64,000 bases of DNA. Origin: the human T2T-CHM13v2.0 reference genome, Homo sapiens. How positions within the stretch are numbered: the stretch's first letter is position 1; every line of letters begins with the position of its first letter. The notes beneath the pieces are model-generated. The model saw only the letters and a program-made list of their open reading frames with translations. It was not told the origin of the DNA and made no database searches. Positions 58,724 to 64,000 of the stretch are shown here, piece after piece. The stretch lies in the NCBI RefSeq assembly GCF_009914755.1, contig NC_060927.1, one strand, 5' to 3'. A program made the position numbers and the translations under genes.

Positions 58724-59442
58724 TGAGACAGAGTTGGAAAGGTACTTGGCCCCCGCCCACACTAATGAATTTTTTTCATAACCACTAACTACAAGACCTT
58801 GCAGGACCACCCCTGACCTGGTGCCATACCAGCTGATCAGACCTTGCAAACTGTATGAAGAAACTAAGACAAGTAGCATTCCACTATAAATCTTACTCAA
58901 GGGAATTAACCCTATTGCCTGCATGCACACAAGGTGTATACCCACGATGCTAGTCTGAAAATGTCATTTGCTCTTGCTGAAGTGGTCCCTGGTCTGAAAA
59001 TGTTTGAGAACCACCATTATAGAAGATAATTCAGAATAATTTATAAACATAATTTGTTGGATCACATCAGTAAAATATAAGACCAGGAGAATGACTCATC
59101 CTGACCCCTTACCTCTTTATAATACTAAAGTCTCCACCCAAGGAGGGGTTTATCTACCATTTTTAATCATGTGACATATAAAGAACATTTCTACACTGAC
59201 TTGTGCAACAGAAACCCCTCCCTAATCATGCTTAGATACTTTTCCTTTAACATGGGCCCTTTTCCCTCCCCAAATAAAAGATCCTGAGTGACTCCTCTCA
59301 GGGAGTCAGATGGGGAACTCTTGCTCCTGTACGGTATCTCTTGTACTTGAGCATAAGTCCTCAATAAAGCCTTGCCTAGGGAATTGCTTAGCCCTGTGTC
59401 AATTTCTGTTGCGTGGGAGCCCAAGAACCTTGGTCAGTAACA
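58724..59442 (+). mobile_element. 5' LTR of class I ERV (MER4 group; MER66/MER87-like, tentative)
   Basis: tgagacagag...ggtcagtaaca termini; AATAAA at 59363-59368; start matches the sequence after the PPT at 63987 (12/14); contains a 146-bp foreign insert. Confidence 0.8.
58935..59080 (-). repeat. 146-bp inverted copy of 56794-56939
   Basis: Hand alignment to the reverse complement: ungapped, about 127/146 identical, 50/50 at 58964-59013. Confidence 0.93.
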
Positions 59443-61997
59443 GCTTTCTTCGTGAATGCAGCAGGACCACAGGATGTGGGTAGCATTTTCTCTCCTGGAG
59501 GAGGAGACTTGAGAGCCAGCAGGACTGCTGGCTGCGAACTCTTCATGACAGAGTAGTGACCGTCTGCATTTCTGATTCAGTGTCACTGCAACTGGGGAGT
59601 CCCTCTAGCCTGCCCGGGACTCTTCAGGCTCCCTTGCCCACAGTTCTCTTTTCTTTTCTATCTCCATTGTTCTTTCTGGTGCTCTTTTTCCCTTTCTCAC
59701 TTCCTCTTATTTTAACTGGCTTGGCCTTAGTAGACATCCATGAGGGAGAGATTGAAATTGTCAGCTTGGTTTTTCCTGGTTGGAGCCACTTTAACAGACA
59801 TCCATGAGGGACAGATTGAAATGGTCAGTTTCCCAAGGCTGATCAACCCAGTATACAGTGGGTTGCAAGTGTGCATTGCACCCTTCCCCTGGCTTCCATG
59901 CGGTGGAAAAACTCTTTCAGGCATCCTGGCTCTTGATTCAGCAACTCTGTTTAAAGCCCCTTGCTACTTCACTTCCCTGTGTGGCACTTGGTGAGGAAAG
60001 GAGGTATGTGACCTTTTTTGTCCTTTGTTGGAGCATGCAGTTCTGTCATTCTGCATGCAGTCTTTGTGAGAAAAGAAGAGATAGTACTTGGATTCAATTT
60101 CTGAGCAATCCCTGTCCTGACCCACTTTCTCTTTTTGTTTGTCTAATGCATCACTTTATTCATTGTCACTTGGTTACTGCAGACTATGGGCTTCAACTCA
60201 GTAGGACCTCGACCAGGTATGAAGTTGAGGAGATAGAGAGGACTATCCAAGCCTGTACTCAGTTTTGAGTGGGAATTGACTCACTCTCCTCCCTTGACAC
60301 TTTGACCTTCTTGCATGACTTATAGCACTGTGCTGTGTGGGACCTGGAGTGATCTCTCTTTGCAATCACTTGGTCTCAGAGCCTGCATCCAAGCCCTGGC
60401 CCTTTAATGGAAGGACATAGGAGGTATAGGCTGTCTCTTAAAAGGCTCCACCCTAAAGCCAATAATTCAGTCAAGAAATTTACACCTTTAAGGAAGCCTC
60501 CATGTCTCAGAATGTCTGTTTTTCCTGGCAGTTTGACTGAACTTTTACTTACACCGTTTTTCCTTTGTTTAAATAAAATATGAATTCCCTATTTTGTTTC
60601 ACCTAAGAATTATCTCTTTAAAAATGCAAATTTGGAACAGCTTGGCTGACAATTGTTTAGGGAAGGGAACAGGTAATCAAGATACTGATGGTCTAAAATG
60701 AGAAAGAGAAACTTAAAAACTGGTAAATGAAAAATTATATAACAATGAGATCTGTTTCTATCTGTGTATTTATATGTGACATGTGTGTAATGTTTCATTA
60801 CCAAAATATATGAAAGAGCTCTAATTAATTTGCTTAAAGAAAAGTGCTTAAATAAAATATTTTATAAGAAAAATAAAAACTTTAACTAATATGCCTTTTA
60901 GTTCATATTACTTTAATAATCTTTAATAAATAAAGACAGCTTAAAGATTATTAGTAAAATAAGTTAAAAACTTTTTATGTCAAAATTTAGACATTTGGTC
61001 TAAATTAGACAGGTCAGATACTGTCTTTATTAGATGCTTTAAGATCATGAACTGCTTTTATGACTTTTTATAAATGTTCAACTTGCCTGCTTTAGAGCTA
61101 TTAGATTCCACAAGGCCTGGGGACATGTGGAGTTAGCCATGCCCCCTAGCAATGTGGGAAAACATCAGACATTATCTGTGGTTGTGTCCTGTGTGCTAGA
61201 CTCTGTACCTGGTATATAATAAAAAATATTTAATTGCTTCCCTTTTAGAGAAATAAAAGTTATATGTTTTTGATTAAAAGGCAAGGGAATGTGGTTTTTT
61301 TTAAAAAAAGTAAGTAATTTCATCCAGTTTAGAAGGTTTGAAGATGTTTTAAGTTAAAAAAAGATAAGATAAAGCTGAAGGTTTAAGCAAGTTATAGAAG
61401 GCTTGTGAAAGATTAACCTTGTAAAAGAAATTCTGCGTGTGAGCAAGTTGGCTCAAATTAAAAGGGTACTATTTAGTTTTTCCGTAATTAAACATTAACA
61501 TAAAAACACACTGATGTAGGGCCAGAATATGGGCCCATGTGTCAGAATTACAGTGTTTTCTTGGAGCATATTTTTTCCTCTCTACCTGATTTCTCCAAAA
61601 TCTGGAAACTATTTGTGAGTATTCTTAACTTATGGCAGTATAGTTATTTGCATAAGTGCAATAAGAATCTCCTTTCTTTTGTAACAGGACACAATTGGAG
61701 ACACTGATTGTTTCACCAAGGCTTTATCTGAAATGCCATGTTTTCAGACTGTTTTCAAAAATTGGAGTTGACTTATAGAGCCAATAAAAACCCCTTGGAG
61801 AAACTGGCCTCATGTCTTATCTATCCAGTCCCTGTACAAGATTCCTGTGGTAAGTAAAGAATGTCACTTTCTTACAGTTCCAAGAGCCCCAAGTTATCTT
61901 ATGACCTTGAGAGGAGAGGAATCACCCAATTCATCCAGCAAATGCAGGCACAGATAAATCCATGGCTGGGCTCATGGCTTTTAAAAAGTCTAACTGA

Positions 61998-62303
61998 GGC
62001 CAGGCAAGGTGGATCACGCTTGTAATCTCAGCACTTTGGGAGGCTGAGGCAAGTGAATCACTTGAGGTCAGGAGTTCAAGACTAGCCTGGCCAACATGGT
62101 GAAACCCTGTCTCTACTAAAAATACAAAAATTAGCTGGGTGTGGTGGTTCACACCTGTAATCCCAGGATGCTGAGGCAGGAGAATCACTTGAACCCAGGA
62201 GGCGGAGGTTGCAGTGAGCCAAGATCGCACACTGCACTCTAGCCTGGATAACAAAGCGACACTCTGTCTCAAACAAAAAAACAAACAAACAAACAAACAA
62301 ACA
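61998..62303 (+). mobile_element. AluS (Sx/Sz-like) with (AAAC)n tail, inserted in ERV
   Basis: atcacttgaggtcaggagttcaagactagcctggcc; short TSD aactgag. Confidence 0.93.
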
Positions 62304-62999
62304 AACTGAGATTCCTTATGGGAAAAAAAAGGTCCAAGATTCCTTATGGAACAAAGTTTCAGCAAAGCCAATTTAAAAAAAAGAGCACTATATACAAATG
62401 TGGCACTATATATACAAATTGTGGCACTATAGACAAATAATCAGGCCAAATATAATAAGACTAAAACTAATTTTGCAAATAAATTGGTCCTACCATGATT
62501 TGTCTTTGGTAAAAATGAGAGACTGGAGACAGAAAAATTATGTTTCAAGAAAAATTCAAAAAAACTATAGTATACCTATTTTTAGATTCTAGTCTTGTTC
62601 ACTGTTTTGAGGTTTTTGATTATTATTTTCTACAATTTGTACTGAATCTTGTATTCCTTCTGGGCTGAAAGTCTCCTAACTTATGTTTTATATTTTTCTA
62701 GTCTATAACCCCTTGGGGCTCCAGAGCCTCCAATTCCCACAACACCACAACATCTCAGGTTACATATTGGGTCAAATTCGTACATCTTCCAGGACAACTC
62801 CAACTCCTACTCTGCTTTTTAAAATGTGAAATACCCACCTAGGATCAACAGTTAAGCCCACCTTTAAATTTATGCAAAGCCTTTGACCCTAGAAAGGAAC
62901 GGCTGTTACCAATATGTAAGAATGTGTGGGGTTGGAGACATGCAATAGACCCTTATATTAATATTACCCAATCATCCCAAAATGCCACACATAAGATGA

Positions 63000-63720
63000 G
63001 TGCACTCCCATGCTACATTTTTGTGTGTGCATGGGATGGCAAAGAATAGGTGTCCCCATGTCTAAGCAATGAAACTAACAAGGGGTCATATCTTATGGAA
63101 ACTTCAGTGGTCTGTTTTTGTGTTCACAAAAACACTAAAGTCAATCATTGGACGAGCTCCTTCAAATTATTCACTGAGGTAGCAAGAGATTTACCAGGAG
63201 GTATCCCAGATGAAGACAAACTTTTTGGGGCTATTCATTGCTTTCCTGGTGGGGAGTAGCAGCTCATCAATGGGTATTGAGGAATATTTCAAAGACCATA
63301 TTCATATTAGCTAATGAAACTGCCAATTCTTTAACTGATTTTGAAGAATCACTCAATTCACTAGCCCAGGTAGTTTTAGATAATAGAATAGCTCTACATT
63401 ACATGTTTGCCGAACAAGGTGGGGGTTGCATGCTAACTAATTCCTCTTGCTGCGCATATATAAATGCATTTTCACAAATTGAAATTAGAATAGAAAAAAA
63501 TAAGACAGAAAGTTACTTAGTTGCAACATACTCTAGATCAACACACTCTGATATTTCAGATGGCAGGAGACTGGTTTTCTAGCCTATTCACTTGGATTCC
63601 AGATGGCATCTGATTTGTTCTTACGGGCATGTTAAACTGGGCTTAAGGATGTTTACTAATTATCACTGATGCTATTTTATTTTTTTAAATAATTATTTAT
63701 GTTATTCCACAGGGGTGAGG
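63000..63720 (+). pseudogene. env: Decayed gamma-type retroviral env (end of SU and TM subunit)
   Basis: Heptad SLNSLAQVV, immunosuppressive domain LDNRIALHYMFAEQGGGC (63376-63429), CX6CC = CMLTNSSCC (63427-63453); frameshifts near 63240 and 63495, stops downstream. Confidence 0.9.
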
Positions 63721-63986
63721 ACTATTAAACTTTGTGCCTCTCAGGCTTGAAATCCCCCAGTCAAGCTAATGGTGGAACAACCAATACTATCCCAGGAGGA
63801 TCTGAGTCCCTGTACATCATTAGACCAGTCAGTGAGAGATTTTTACAGCCTCCAAAGTTAGGCAGGGATGACAACCCCGATGAGCAGGAAATAGCTCCAG
63901 AAGATGAGAACTCTAGCCCCTTCTCCTTAAGAAAAAGGAAGATAAAATCTCTCAGGTGATTGGTTGTGGAGGGGCGGGGGTGGGAA

Positions 63987-64000
63987 TGCGACAGAGTAGG
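63987..64000 (+). mobile_element. Start of ERV 3' LTR (runs off window)
   Basis: tgcgacagagtagg vs 5' LTR start tgagacagagttgg, directly after the PPT. Confidence 0.7.

Larger units (their letters stand above)
59443..63986 (+). mobile_element. ERV internal region, MER4-group-like (AT-rich, no visible gag/pol, env remnant, PPT)
   Basis: Leader with a 33-bp direct repeat (59732, 59796), MER4-int-like AT-rich body, env TM motifs, G-rich tract ggaggggcgggggtgggaa before the 3' LTR. Confidence 0.82.

Noticed and set aside
59732-59828. 33-bp direct repeats with a 31-bp spacer (CRISPR-like geometry)
   Set aside because: Only two copies, in an ERV leader in mammalian DNA, with no cas genes

Overview
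AT-rich, CpG-depleted primate genomic DNA, almost certainly human because it carries an AluYb8 at 51101-51413. It looks intronic or intergenic: I see no recognisable host protein-coding exon, CpG island, tRNA or rRNA. Most ORFs in the supplied track are Alu, L1, ERV or microsatellite artefacts. Much of the window is transposon-derived: two large 5'-truncated L1s (old L1MA-type 21.9-26.7 kb; L1PA-type 38.5-42.8 kb), about ten Alus, several MaLR solo LTRs (MLT1, MST, THE1) mostly with visible 5-bp TSDs, L2/MIR/HAL1 relics, hAT MITEs and STRs. A class I (MER4-group-like) provirus runs from 58724 to the window end, with a decayed env TM remnant. The most unusual structures are: (i) a 146-bp inverted copy of nearby flank inside the ERV 5' LTR, with a perfect 50-bp core; (ii) a tiny polyadenylated, TSD-flanked retrocopy of an LTR (MER41-like) 3' end; (iii) an AluYb8 nested in an AluY; (iv) chimeric and trimeric Alus; (v) local duplications within an old L1. 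I found no evidence for a new gene system. Subfamily names come from recalled consensus sequences rather than a database search, and boundaries of old elements are approximate.
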